Part shown: piece after piece, positions 9,642-19,387 of the stretch | How positions within the stretch are numbered: the first letter of the stretch is position 1 | Layout of the letters: each line of letters opens with the position of its first letter | Assembly: GCA_028718865.1 (NCBI GenBank) | Contig: JAQUKX010000004.1 | Location: 35,753-99,752, forward strand | From: Patescibacteria group bacterium | GTDB lineage: Bacteria > Patescibacteriota > Patescibacteriia > UBA1558 > GWA2-36-10 | Reading direction: 5' to 3' | Length of the DNA stretch: 64,000 nt | The notes under the pieces: generated by a model | Told to the model about the DNA's origin: nothing | Seen by the model: only the letters and a program-made list of their open reading frames with translations | Databases searched by the model: none | Program-made: the position numbers and the translations under genes

Positions 9642-11028
9642 TGATTAATTTGTCAAACTGTCTAGCACGATCAAATTCATTGATAAACATATTGAAGCTG
9701 GCTGCTGCCGGCGACAGCAACAAGCAATCAGCGCCTCGGCTATTTACCCAAGCCAGTCCCCAAGCTTTTTCTAAGCTGGGCAGACCAACTATCATACGAC
9801 TCTTGGGAAATCTTATCCGGCGCAACTCAAGTAATAATTTATCGCTGGCACTACCGTCCAAAAGCAACAAAAATACTTTTCCTTTTTTTATTTCCCGAGC
9901 CAAAAGACGATAATCCATATTTTTGTCCATACCACCGGCAATCAATAGAATCTTTTTACCGGCCAAGGCCCTAAGAGCGGCAATGGTGGCATCAGGATTG
10001 GTGGCAGTAGAATCATTGTAAATATCTACTCCGTCAATATTCGCCTTATACTGCAAGCGATAATCAACGCCTTTAAAGCGACTCACTGCCTTGGCAATAT
10101 TTTTGTCTTTGATGCCGACTATTTTAGCTACTGCTATGGCTGCCAAAGCGTTTTGCAGATTATGTTCGCCCAAAAGCTTAAATTCGCCAGCCGACATGAT
10201 AACCCGACTTTTTCTACCATTGTAAAAACAAATATTTCCTTTGGCCAAATAAGCGCCTTTGACTTTTTGCCCAGTAGAATAAAAATAAACTCGGGCTTTA
10301 GTGTCTTTGACAAAAGAACGGCTGTGAGTATTATCAAAATTCAAAACGCAAATGTCACTTTTGACCTGATGCCGGACTATGGCTCTTTTGGCGTTTTTGT
10401 AGGCGGCAAAATTAGCATAAGTATTTAAATGATCCTTTAAGACATTGGTCACCACTGCAATATGAGGCGACACTCGATATTCATCCATCTTTTCCAATTG
10501 CCAGCTGGAGAGCTCCACTACTGGCAGGGATTTAACTTTAAGTTTGTCTAGGGCCGCCAGCATGGGACTAGTGGCAATATTGCCGGTTACTACATTGCTT
10601 TTTATCTCCGTCTTGATGATTTGATGGATCAAAGTAGCAGTGCTTGATTTGCCTCTGGTTCCAGTCACGCCTATAGACCGACCGGGATAAAGCCCAAAAA
10701 ACATCACCGCTTCATTGATAATGGGAATATTATTTTTTTTAGCTTCCGCCAGATAAATAGAATCCCTGGGCACGCCCGGATTTTGAATAATCAAATCCTG
10801 ATCCTTGAAATCTCTGACATCATGCCGACCCAAAGTGTAGCGGATATGCTCCGATCCTTTAAAAAATTTTATTTTATCCAAAGCCGGCCTAAGCTGACTC
10901 CTATTTTTCAAATCCGTAACAGTCAAAATTGCTTTATTTTTTAGCAGCCACTCTAAAACCGCCAAAGCGCCGCCGTGCAAGCCCAATCCCATTAGCAAAA
11001 CTTTTTTGCCTTGGAACTGCTTTACCAT
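9616..11028 (-). CDS. murD: UDP-MurNAc-L-Ala--D-Glu ligase
   Basis: GLGLHG, GTRGKSST, VELSSWQL, NDSTATN, LSPAAAS. Confidence 0.95.
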   Translation of the reverse strand: MVKQFQGKKVLLMGLGLHGGALAVLEWLLKNKAILTVTDLKNRSQLRPALDKIKFFKGSEHIRYTLGRHDVRDFKDQDLIIQNPGVPRDSIYLAEAKKNNIPIINEAVMFFGLYPGRSIGVTGTRGKSSTATLIHQIIKTEIKSNVVTGNIATSPMLAALDKLKVKSLPVVELSSWQLEKMDEYRVSPHIAVVTNVLKDHLNTYANFAAYKNAKRAIVRHQVKSDICVLNFDNTHSRSFVKDTKARVYFYSTGQKVKGAYLAKGNICFYNGRKSRVIMSAGEFKLLGEHNLQNALAAIAVAKIVGIKDKNIAKAVSRFKGVDYRLQYKANIDGVDIYNDSTATNPDATIAALRALAGKKILLIAGGMDKNMDYRLLAREIKKGKVFLLLLDGSASDKLLLELRRIRFPKSRMIVGLPSLEKAWGLAWVNSRGADCLLLSPAAASFNMFINEFDRARQFDKLINDSQKKKK

Positions 11029-12074
11029 AAATGCAAATCAATAATAGCCAATATCAGCCCGCCAACCGCGCAAACCGCCGCTATTACCCAAAAGCGCATC
11101 ACCACTTTGGTTTCCGGCCAGCCTTTGGCTTCAAAATGATGATGTATAGGCGCTGATAAAAATACTTTTTTCTTTCTGATTTTTTTCGACAAAATCTGAA
11201 TAATCACCGATAGTGATTCCAAAAGCAATAAAAAGCCGATAATAGGCAAAAGCAAAGGATAGCCCGTAAGCATAGCCACTATTCCCAGAGAAATTCCCAA
11301 AGACATAGCGCCGGTATCGCCCATAAAAAAACGAGCCGGATTGATGTTGAACCACAAAAAAGCCAAAAGGGCTCCTGAAATAACACCGCAAAATGTGGCC
11401 AGATTATAATTGCCTTGAGCAAAAGCAATTGTGCCGTAGCTGGCAAAGGCCGCCAAAACTATGCCGCCGGCCAAACCGTCCAAACCATCGGCTTCATTGA
11501 CTGAAAAAGCAGTAGCCACCAAAATAAAAATGAAAAAAGGAATAAACCACCAGCCAATACTGAAAATACCGACAAAAGGCACTCTCACTAGATCCCAGTC
11601 CAGCTTGAAGTAAAACCACCAAGCGCCAAACATGGCTATCAAAGTATAAATAAACAAACGATGCTTGACTGTCAGTCCTCCACCCTTACCTCCTCCTTGG
11701 CGAGTGACATTGAACCAATCATCCAAAAGACCAACCAAAGCCGAAGCTACCAAAGCACCCAGTGGTAAATAAGTTTCACGACGAGTTAAAAAATTAAATT
11801 GCCCTAAAAAAGAATCTGGCCAAAAATGCTCTATCCAAAAAAAACCTAAAGCCAAAATCAAAACTGTCAACCAAATCAAAACCCCTCCCATAGTCGGTGT
11901 GCCGGCCTTAGTCTTGTGCATTTGAGAAAAAAGAGGTGTCTGGCCGTCGTCACGAATACTTTTTACCATTTTATACTTATACAACAAGTGGGTCCAAAGC
12001 GGTGTTAGTAAAAAAGCTAAAATAAAAGCAAAACCGGTCAAAGATAAAATTTTTACAATTTCTATAGCTGGCAT
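11022..12074 (-). CDS. mraY: Phospho-MurNAc-pentapeptide transferase
   Basis: GTPTMGG, DGLDGL, FMGDTG, APIHHHFE. Confidence 0.97.
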   Translation of the reverse strand: MPAIEIVKILSLTGFAFILAFLLTPLWTHLLYKYKMVKSIRDDGQTPLFSQMHKTKAGTPTMGGVLIWLTVLILALGFFWIEHFWPDSFLGQFNFLTRRETYLPLGALVASALVGLLDDWFNVTRQGGGKGGGLTVKHRLFIYTLIAMFGAWWFYFKLDWDLVRVPFVGIFSIGWWFIPFFIFILVATAFSVNEADGLDGLAGGIVLAAFASYGTIAFAQGNYNLATFCGVISGALLAFLWFNINPARFFMGDTGAMSLGISLGIVAMLTGYPLLLPIIGFLLLLESLSVIIQILSKKIRKKKVFLSAPIHHHFEAKGWPETKVVMRFWVIAAVCAVGGLILAIIDLHLW

Positions 12075-12075
12075 A

Positions 12076-12447
12076 CTAGGTATTATAATTTAAAATAGTG
12101 AATAAATATAAAAATAAAGCCAAATTGATAAAAAGTATGGTACTAAGGAGTAAATAAGCGCTCAAACGGCTTCTGGTCCACAACAAAATCGCCAGCCAAA
12201 AATTCAAAATAGATGCTGCCAAAAAAATTGCCGGAATAATAAATAGCCAATTATGCCCGGCAATGACATCAATGCCTGAATAAATATTGACATGGATAAC
12301 GGCCAAAGGGTCGGGTTTGACCCTTTTAAACAAAAAAACAGACCAAGAAGACAGGATAAAAAGTAAAGAAAAATTGGTCAACCAAAAGGCCAATTTATCT
12401 TTATACAAAACTTTGGCTGATCTTAAAATTGTCATATTTAATAACAA
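12076..12447 (-). CDS. Hypothetical membrane protein
   Basis: Three hydrophobic segments; abuts mraY. Confidence 0.65.
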   Translation of the reverse strand: MLLNMTILRSAKVLYKDKLAFWLTNFSLLFILSSWSVFLFKRVKPDPLAVIHVNIYSGIDVIAGHNWLFIIPAIFLAASILNFWLAILLWTRSRLSAYLLLSTILFINLALFLYLFTILNYNT

Positions 12448-12483
12448 TATTTTACCATAATAAGGGATAAAAATCTAACAAAA

Positions 12484-12762
12484 TTATATTGCCCTCACTT
12501 CTTTTACTTCTGGCATCTGACTTCTTATTTCTGCTTCAATGATATGCTTCAAAGTCACATCAGCCAAAGGACAATGGGCGCAAGCACCTTGGAGCACTAC
12601 CTCCACAATCCCTTTTTTCTTATCATAGCTTATCAGCTCGAGATTGCCACCGTCACGAACCAACGCTGGACGAATTTTATCCAAAATTTTATTTAATTTA
12701 TTTTCATCTTTATCAAGCTTGACTGTTTTTTTAACTTTGGGCTTTATATTTGATTTTGGCAT
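12484..12762 (-). CDS. NifU/NfuA C-terminal domain protein
   Basis: IRPALVRDGGNLEL, LQGACAHCP (CxxC). Confidence 0.9.
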   Translation of the reverse strand: MPKSNIKPKVKKTVKLDKDENKLNKILDKIRPALVRDGGNLELISYDKKKGIVEVVLQGACAHCPLADVTLKHIIEAEIRSQMPEVKEVRAI

Positions 12763-12776
12763 ATTTTTTAAAATGT

Positions 12777-13499
12777 TTATTTTTTTCTCAACTTAGCAAT
12801 CGTATTACCCGCTTCAAGCAAGGTATCAAAAGTTCCAGTGTCTAACCAATAATGCTCATAAATTTTTACATCAAGCTGGCCGTCTTTGAGGTATAGATTA
12901 TTAATGTCGGTAATCTCTAATTCTCCCCGAGCTGATGGTTTTAGATTTTTGGCCTTGTCTACTACGCTATTATCATAAATATATAATCCAGTAATTGCAA
13001 AATTGCTTTTTGGTTTTTTTGGTTTTTCCTCAATACTGATTGCCTGCCTATCGGCGTCAAATTCCACCACGCCAAATCTCTGAGGATCAGATACTTCTTT
13101 GGCAAAAACCCGACCGCCACTATCAAAACTTTTAATAGCGCTACGCAAAAATTCACCATCGCCAACAAAAAGATTGTCACCAAGAATCAAAGTAACATTA
13201 TCATCACCAATAAAATTCTCGCCAATTAAAAATGCTTGGGCAATGCCCTCTGGCTTGTCTTGAACTTCATAGCTTATCTTTACGCCAAAATCTTTACCAC
13301 TACCCAGAAGACGGACAAAATTACCAATATTACTCGGATCGGAAATTATCAAAATATCTTTTATACCTCCCTCTATCAAAGTTTCCAAGGGATAATAAAT
13401 CATCGGCTTGTCATAAACAGGCAAAAGCTGTTTGCTAGTTACTTTGGTAAGTGGCTGAAGTCTACTACCGGCTCCGCCGGCAAGTATTATACCTTTCAT
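12777..13499 (-). CDS. rmlA: Glucose-1-phosphate thymidylyltransferase (short form)
   Basis: [46 protein letters not shown]. Confidence 0.95.
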   Translation of the reverse strand: MKGIILAGGAGSRLQPLTKVTSKQLLPVYDKPMIYYPLETLIEGGIKDILIISDPSNIGNFVRLLGSGKDFGVKISYEVQDKPEGIAQAFLIGENFIGDDNVTLILGDNLFVGDGEFLRSAIKSFDSGGRVFAKEVSDPQRFGVVEFDADRQAISIEEKPKKPKSNFAITGLYIYDNSVVDKAKNLKPSARGELEITDINNLYLKDGQLDVKIYEHYWLDTGTFDTLLEAGNTIAKLRKK

Positions 13500-13512
13500 A
13501 TGTTTCTATTAT

Positions 13513-13577
13513 GTCATTCCTGCGAAAGCAGGAATCTGGCTAGATTCCGCAATTCACCAGCTGGTAAACGGAATAAC
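13513..13577. repeat. REP/RPE-like palindromic element
   Basis: GTCATTCC-TGCGAAAGCA-GGAATCT..AGATTCCG....CGGAATAAC; nested inverted repeats in intergenic gap. Confidence 0.65.
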
Positions 13578-13586
13578 TAATTAATT

Positions 13587-14450
13587 TTACTTTTTACTAT
13601 CTCTATACTTTTTAATAGCATCCTCTACTGCTTCTTTTACTGGACGCATCTTAATGCCTAATTTTGGCAAATTAAGTGAGGTCATGACATTGTTTGATCT
13701 TTTTTTATCTGCCAAACCGAGTTCGACAAGCTCACCCTCGCTAATCCAATCATTGCTATGACTAGGATCTACATATTTTTTATACATTTCCATAATCTCA
13801 CGCCACTTGATAGAACCGGGATTGGTCACATGATATATACCTTCGGCTTTTTTTTCCAAAAGCTGATGAAATACATCTATCATATCCTCTACTACAGTAA
13901 TACTGTTTTCTACATCAACTATCTTGGGATAGCTAGCTAGCTTGTCTATCAGATTGGCAGGATGAGGCTGGCAGTCTAAAGGTATGCGAATTCTAGCCAC
14001 GCCAATATTTGGCAGTTTGGATAGGACCAAATCAGCCGCGTATTTACATCTGGTATAGACGGCCACTGGATTGGCATAATCCTCTTCTGTCCAAGCCTGA
14101 TTGTCTGGCGCAGTGCCGTAAAATATACAACCAGTTCCCATATGCAAAAGATAAACTCCTTTTTTCTGGCAAGTCTCGGCAATTATCAAAGGTAAAAGAG
14201 TATTACCTTTGTAAGTTTCCACTTGATGAGTTTCACACCAGTCTACATTGGGTTTGCCCACTATACCAGCAGCATTGAGTATAGTATCGGGCTGATGCTC
14301 GTCAATTAATTTTTCAACATCTTCTACTGTCTCGACAATCTTGTCGGTAATAACTGCATCATCCCAACTCTGAGCACAGCGAGTGCCTAAATACCCCTTG
14401 CCTATTATTAATATTTTTCCGCCAGAGGCGGATCCCGCTTTGCGGGGCAT
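13587..14450 (-). CDS. dTDP-4-dehydrorhamnose 3,5-epimerase/reductase-like (NRS/ER, RmlD superfamily)
   Basis: GKGYLG, NAAGIVGKPNVDWCETH, GCIF, YTRCK; sits in rml cluster. Confidence 0.8.
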   Translation of the reverse strand: MPRKAGSASGGKILIIGKGYLGTRCAQSWDDAVITDKIVETVEDVEKLIDEHQPDTILNAAGIVGKPNVDWCETHQVETYKGNTLLPLIIAETCQKKGVYLLHMGTGCIFYGTAPDNQAWTEEDYANPVAVYTRCKYAADLVLSKLPNIGVARIRIPLDCQPHPANLIDKLASYPKIVDVENSITVVEDMIDVFHQLLEKKAEGIYHVTNPGSIKWREIMEMYKKYVDPSHSNDWISEGELVELGLADKKRSNNVMTSLNLPKLGIKMRPVKEAVEDAIKKYRDSKK

Positions 14451-14471
14451 ATTACTTGTATTCATCATAAC

Positions 14472-15155
14472 TCAAGCTTTTAAATGCTTCATGCCTACCT
14501 CAGGAAATTGCAAAAATTCTTTGCTGTTTATCAAATATTCCAAAACTTCCGCCATGTATTTTGGATTCAAAGCTAAAGAATAATCCCTTTTTCTAGAATA
14601 AGCGCTAAATAAAGGCGTATTCATGTAACCGGGATAAAAACCAATAACTCTAATATTATATTTACTTAATTCTGCTTGCAAGCATTTACTGAAACCATCA
14701 ACCGCATATTTACTAGCATAATAGACTACCCGCTCCTCTCTCCGAAAAAAAGCCGCCTGAGAAGCAATATTGATAATCGTCCCTTTTTTATTTTTTTTCA
14801 TAGAAGCAATAACTTCTCTGGCTAAAAGCATAAGCCCTGTCACATTTACATCAATTACTCTCTTTATTTCTTCCGGCTTATTGTTTCCCAACTCGCCCTC
14901 TATCCAAACTCCGGCATTATTTATCAGCACGTCAATCCGCTTGTGCTTTTTCAGAATATTTTTTATAGCTGTTTTGATTGACTGATAATCAGTAACATCG
15001 CATAGCTCATAATCGCATTTCAAAACTCTGGCCGCTCTTTTTAATTTCGCTTCTCTTGGCGATAAAATAATTACTTTATTTTTTGGCGAAAGTTTTTTGG
15101 CAGTGGCATAGCCCAAGCCACTTGTTCCTCCGGATATTGCTATTACTTTTTTCAT
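14472..15155 (-). CDS. SDR family oxidoreductase
   Basis: GGTSGLG, DVLINNAG, YYASK. Confidence 0.92.
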   Translation of the reverse strand: MKKVIAISGGTSGLGYATAKKLSPKNKVIILSPREAKLKRAARVLKCDYELCDVTDYQSIKTAIKNILKKHKRIDVLINNAGVWIEGELGNNKPEEIKRVIDVNVTGLMLLAREVIASMKKNKKGTIINIASQAAFFRREERVVYYASKYAVDGFSKCLQAELSKYNIRVIGFYPGYMNTPLFSAYSRKRDYSLALNPKYMAEVLEYLINSKEFLQFPEVGMKHLKA

Positions 15156-15171
15156 AATTTATTTTCTTCTG

Positions 15172-16146
15172 CTAATTATTCTTATACCACTCTATAGTCT
15201 TATCTATCCCCTCTTCAAAACTAACTCTTGGCTCCCAGCCCAATTCATTTTTAATTTTAGAAAAATCAATGGCGTAGCGATAATCATGGCCCGGTCTGTC
15301 AGCTACTTTTTCTATTATTGAATCATATTTACCTAATTTCTCAATCAATAATTTGGCAATATCAATATTTCTTTTTTCATTGTCACCGCCCACCAGATAA
15401 GTTTCACCAATTTTACCTTTATGAATTATTAGGTCTATTGCTCGACAATGATCTTCTACGTAGAGCCAATCGCGGATATTTTTGCCTTCGCCATAAAGCG
15501 GGACTTTTTTATTTTGGAGTAAATTGCTAATAAAAAGTGGAATAAATTTTTCTTTGTGCTGATAAGGCCCGTAGTTGTTGGAGCAGTTGGAAATAGTAAT
15601 TGGCAATCCGTAGGTATGCCAATAAGCCCGCACTAGATGATCAGAGGCTGCTTTACTGGCCGCATAAGGGCTACGGGGATTATAAGGAGTATTTTCATTA
15701 AATTGAGGATCACCATCTTCTAAATGTCCAAAAACTTCATCAGTAGAAACATGATGAAAACGAATATTTTTTTCTTTGGCCACTTTGAGCAGATTATGCG
15801 TTCCCAAAATATTTGTTTTAACAAAAGCGTCCGGTCCGCTAATAGAATTATCCACATGGCTTTCAGCCGCAAAATTGACAATAATATCTATACTGAGCCC
15901 TGCCGAAGCATTCTCTTTGATAATTTGAGAAACCAAAGCATAATCCCCAATATCACCTTTAACAAACTTATATTTAGAATTATTTTCTACTGCCTTTAGA
16001 TTCTCCAAATTACCAGCATAAGTCAAAAGATCCAGATTGACAATTTTGTAATCAGGATATTTAGCGAATATATAATGAATAAAGTTTGAGCCGATAAATC
16101 CGGCTCCGCCAGTAATAAGTAAATTCATATACTTATCATTCGTCAA
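15172..16146 (-). CDS. rmlB: dTDP-glucose 4,6-dehydratase
   Basis: TGGAGFIGSNF, FAAESHVD, STDEVFG, YAASK, DRPGHDYRY. Confidence 0.96.
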   Translation of the reverse strand: MTNDKYMNLLITGGAGFIGSNFIHYIFAKYPDYKIVNLDLLTYAGNLENLKAVENNSKYKFVKGDIGDYALVSQIIKENASAGLSIDIIVNFAAESHVDNSISGPDAFVKTNILGTHNLLKVAKEKNIRFHHVSTDEVFGHLEDGDPQFNENTPYNPRSPYAASKAASDHLVRAYWHTYGLPITISNCSNNYGPYQHKEKFIPLFISNLLQNKKVPLYGEGKNIRDWLYVEDHCRAIDLIIHKGKIGETYLVGGDNEKRNIDIAKLLIEKLGKYDSIIEKVADRPGHDYRYAIDFSKIKNELGWEPRVSFEEGIDKTIEWYKNN

Positions 16147-16544
16147 TTTATCTTTATCTTATTTAATACTTCTTCTGCTTTGCCTTCGGGATACTCTGCC
16201 TGCGACCATAGCTTGAGACCGTCTCCTTCATGTCGAGGTATAACATGAAAATGCAAATGCGGTACTACCTGGCCAGCTACTGAGTCATTATTAAGCTGTA
16301 AATTATAACCAGAGGCTAAATTTTTCTTAATAGATTGGCCTACTTTCTGAACTACCAAAATAACTTTGGCTAAAAGCTCTGGCGGGATTTCTTCAATATG
16401 TTGATAATGTTCTTTGGGCACGACCAATGAATGACCATGATTAACTGGCGCAATATCCAAAAAGGCCAAAGTATTTTCATCTTCATAAACTTTATAGCTT
16501 GGCAACTCTTTCTTAATTATTTTACAAAATATACAGTCTGACAT
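16143..16544 (-). CDS. HIT family nucleotide hydrolase
   Basis: CIFC, GQVVPHLHFHVIPR. Confidence 0.95.
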   Translation of the reverse strand: MSDCIFCKIIKKELPSYKVYEDENTLAFLDIAPVNHGHSLVVPKEHYQHIEEIPPELLAKVILVVQKVGQSIKKNLASGYNLQLNNDSVAGQVVPHLHFHVIPRHEGDGLKLWSQAEYPEGKAEEVLNKIKIN

Positions 16545-16548
16545 GTTT

Positions 16549-18168
16549 TTATTCTCCTTTTTCTATTATTTTATAAAGTCTAAAACCTTCAATTTCCGCT
16601 ATCTCCTCTAAATCTAAGTTTACCTGATTGGCTGCTTGGCGGTCAAACTTAATTTGTTCTACGCTTTTATCGGCGTAATAATAAATTGGCGCCTGATTTA
16701 TTATTTTTTCCACTCGCGGCCAAAGTGGCAAATCCCCCTGAGGAGCTATCACCCTATATGCCGGAAAAAAAACTTTGTCGCTACGCTCGCTGATAATAAC
16801 TGCTTCGGATTCTATCAGAGCTGACACTGCTACAAACTGTCGGCTATAAGACTGCAAAGTCCGGCTATTTTCCACTAGGCCGTCGGGCTTGGATAAAAAA
16901 GCAATTTTCAAGGAAGATAGCATCAGCGCTGCTACTATTAGATAAAGTGCCGCCTGATTGAAGCGATTGGCTGCATAAAAAAGCCGAAAAATAAAATAAG
17001 CTATCAGCGGCAACACCCAAATGTAAAGCGGTAAAAAATAACGGACATAAGAAATAGAAATAGTATTGAGCTCTTTGACCAAAGGATCAGCCAAATCCCA
17101 AGAAGCGTAATAAAGCAAAATCAAAAAGAAAACAAAAGGTGTCAGTAAAAAATATTTTTTCCAGACACCGCTTGCTTTATTTTTCCAGAGTAAAAATAAT
17201 CCTGCCAGAGCAAAAATAAAGTGCGGCCAAGATAAGGCCATAAAATATTTATAAAAATTGACCGCTATCAGTCGGGGATCAAAGCCAAAAGGGAAAAAGG
17301 CTATTTGTAAAAGTCCGGCCAAGCCGCCCGCCGAACTATCAAGCTCTGTCGGCAATTCGCCCGAAGCCAATTGCAAATAACCGATTGCCAAAAATCCGCC
17401 ATAAGTGGCTTTGTTTAAAAATATAAACAAAAGAAAAATTGACAAAAATGATGCCAAGCCCAGAAGCAAATGCGACCAAGATAGCTGCCGGCGCTTGACA
17501 TACAAAATAAACAAACTAACAAAAGCCAGCCAAAAAAATTCCGAAGGCCGGATAAAAACCGCCAGTGATAAAAGCAGGCTGCCAAAAATAAAATAAAGAT
17601 GATATTTATCTTTTTGCCAGCTTTTGGCAATAAAATGCCAGCCAGCCAAAAGCAAAAAAATAAAAGCCACATTGGGCAGCATCACGGTATTGGCAAAAAA
17701 TACCCAAGGAGCCAGCGATAAAAACAATAAGGTTATTATCAGACCGAGATCAGTGCTTTGAAAAATAACCCGACTCAAACGATAGACAAAATATCCGCTT
17801 AGAGCCGCCAAAAGCGGGGTTAAAAATAAAATTCCCGCTCCACCCAGCAGCTTGAAAAACAAACCGAAAATCAACAACAGAGGCAAAAATGTCATTGGTA
17901 CCAAAAATCCGTCAACCACATTGATGCTGCGGCTATGAATAAGATTGTCAGTCAAAAGATTGAGTGGTTCAAAATAAGTAAAACTATTGCTCCGGGAAAA
18001 AACTTGGGCAAAAAAATAATTGGCATTGGCATCTGGCCAATTAAAAATAATATGACCGTTAGACAAATATTGAGGCAACCAAGCGAAAAAAATTGTAAAG
18101 CTATAAACAAAGAAAAACAAAAAGCAAAGCGCCCAAATAATAATGTTTATCTTCTTTTCTTTACTCAT
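16549..18168 (-). CDS. Multi-TM GT-C-like (ArnT/PMT-type) glycosyltransferase
   Basis: About 12 TM segments, PDA motif after TM1, IRP, YVRYFLP; in glycan cluster; start at MSKEKK. Confidence 0.6.
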   Translation of the reverse strand: MSKEKKINIIIWALCFLFFFVYSFTIFFAWLPQYLSNGHIIFNWPDANANYFFAQVFSRSNSFTYFEPLNLLTDNLIHSRSINVVDGFLVPMTFLPLLLIFGLFFKLLGGAGILFLTPLLAALSGYFVYRLSRVIFQSTDLGLIITLLFLSLAPWVFFANTVMLPNVAFIFLLLAGWHFIAKSWQKDKYHLYFIFGSLLLSLAVFIRPSEFFWLAFVSLFILYVKRRQLSWSHLLLGLASFLSIFLLFIFLNKATYGGFLAIGYLQLASGELPTELDSSAGGLAGLLQIAFFPFGFDPRLIAVNFYKYFMALSWPHFIFALAGLFLLWKNKASGVWKKYFLLTPFVFFLILLYYASWDLADPLVKELNTISISYVRYFLPLYIWVLPLIAYFIFRLFYAANRFNQAALYLIVAALMLSSLKIAFLSKPDGLVENSRTLQSYSRQFVAVSALIESEAVIISERSDKVFFPAYRVIAPQGDLPLWPRVEKIINQAPIYYYADKSVEQIKFDRQAANQVNLDLEEIAEIEGFRLYKIIEKGE

Positions 18169-19381
18169 TGATAATATCCAATAATTTTTGATTGTATTTA
18201 TCCAGGACAAAAGCTGCCACGCTTTGACGGCAATTATCGGCCATCAACTTGATCGCTTCTCTTTGTCTATAAATATCTTCTATTTTCTTGCTCATCATGG
18301 CAAAATCACCAGCCGGAAAAATCCAACCGTTTTTGCCCTCTTGGATTAATTCTGCCGAGCCGCCAATATCAGCCGCCAAAACCGGCATGCCCATGCTCAA
18401 AGATTCATAAATAACCGTCGGCGAATTTTCATAACACAAGGAAGGCAAAACCATCACATCTGTCCGAGACAAAAGTGACAGGAGATTCTCATTGGGTAGC
18501 CAGCCATGGAAAAATATCCTCTTGTCCTTAGCGGCCAGTTCTTTGGCTTTTATAAAATCCTGGCCTATGCCTACTATATGCAACTTAAGATGAGGCAAAT
18601 TTATTTTTCTAAAACTCTCTATCAATCCCAAAACGCCCTTGGCTTTGTTTATCTGACCAAGATAGACCAATTCCAAATCAGGACTGGGATTTTTTTCGAT
18701 ATTTATCAAAAATTTCACTGGATTGGGCAAGACAACTTTTTTGGAGTTGGGGAAAAAAGCATGTTGCTGATAAAAATCCAGCAGAAAACGAGAAGGAGAA
18801 ATAACTATTTCCGGCGATCCCATCAGCCAGCGCATTATCCGCTTATATCCTAGAACTCTAAAAAAACGATGTTCAATGGAATTTTCCCGCCCTCTGATAA
18901 TCAATCCCGAGGGAGTGACCAACTGGACATCATGCACAATATGGACATGTTTGATTTTAAGACGCTTGATAAGTCTGGGCAGTAAAAATCCCAAACCCAT
19001 CAGATTGTGGGTAATTAGCAAATCAGGCTTTTGTTCCAATAATATTTTTTTGACTTTGAAATAAGAAAAAATATTAAAAGTGTCCCACAAATGCCACAAG
19101 CCCCTGATAAAAGCCGGATATTTAAAATCGTCCAGGTAATAATAAAGATTGACCGGATTAAAACGATAAACATCAATGTTGTTGATTTCATCCTTACTCT
19201 CTCCCCAGAGGCGGCCGGAAGAAAAAGAATGGCCATAAACAGGAATCTTAGCGGGACGGGAGCTAATAACAAAAACATGCTGCCAGGCTTTTTTCAAGCC
19301 TTCAGCCTGCATAGCCGCTATTACTTCGGCCCCGCCTCTGACAAAAGGCGGATATAAATTGCTGATAATACCAATTTTCAC
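18161..19381 (-). CDS. GT4 glycosyltransferase
   Basis: YPPFVRGGAE, PSLCYENSPTVIYES. Confidence 0.92.
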   Translation of the reverse strand: MKIGIISNLYPPFVRGGAEVIAAMQAEGLKKAWQHVFVISSRPAKIPVYGHSFSSGRLWGESKDEINNIDVYRFNPVNLYYYLDDFKYPAFIRGLWHLWDTFNIFSYFKVKKILLEQKPDLLITHNLMGLGFLLPRLIKRLKIKHVHIVHDVQLVTPSGLIIRGRENSIEHRFFRVLGYKRIMRWLMGSPEIVISPSRFLLDFYQQHAFFPNSKKVVLPNPVKFLINIEKNPSPDLELVYLGQINKAKGVLGLIESFRKINLPHLKLHIVGIGQDFIKAKELAAKDKRIFFHGWLPNENLLSLLSRTDVMVLPSLCYENSPTVIYESLSMGMPVLAADIGGSAELIQEGKNGWIFPAGDFAMMSKKIEDIYRQREAIKLMADNCRQSVAAFVLDKYNQKLLDIINE

Positions 19382-19387
19382 TTTTAT

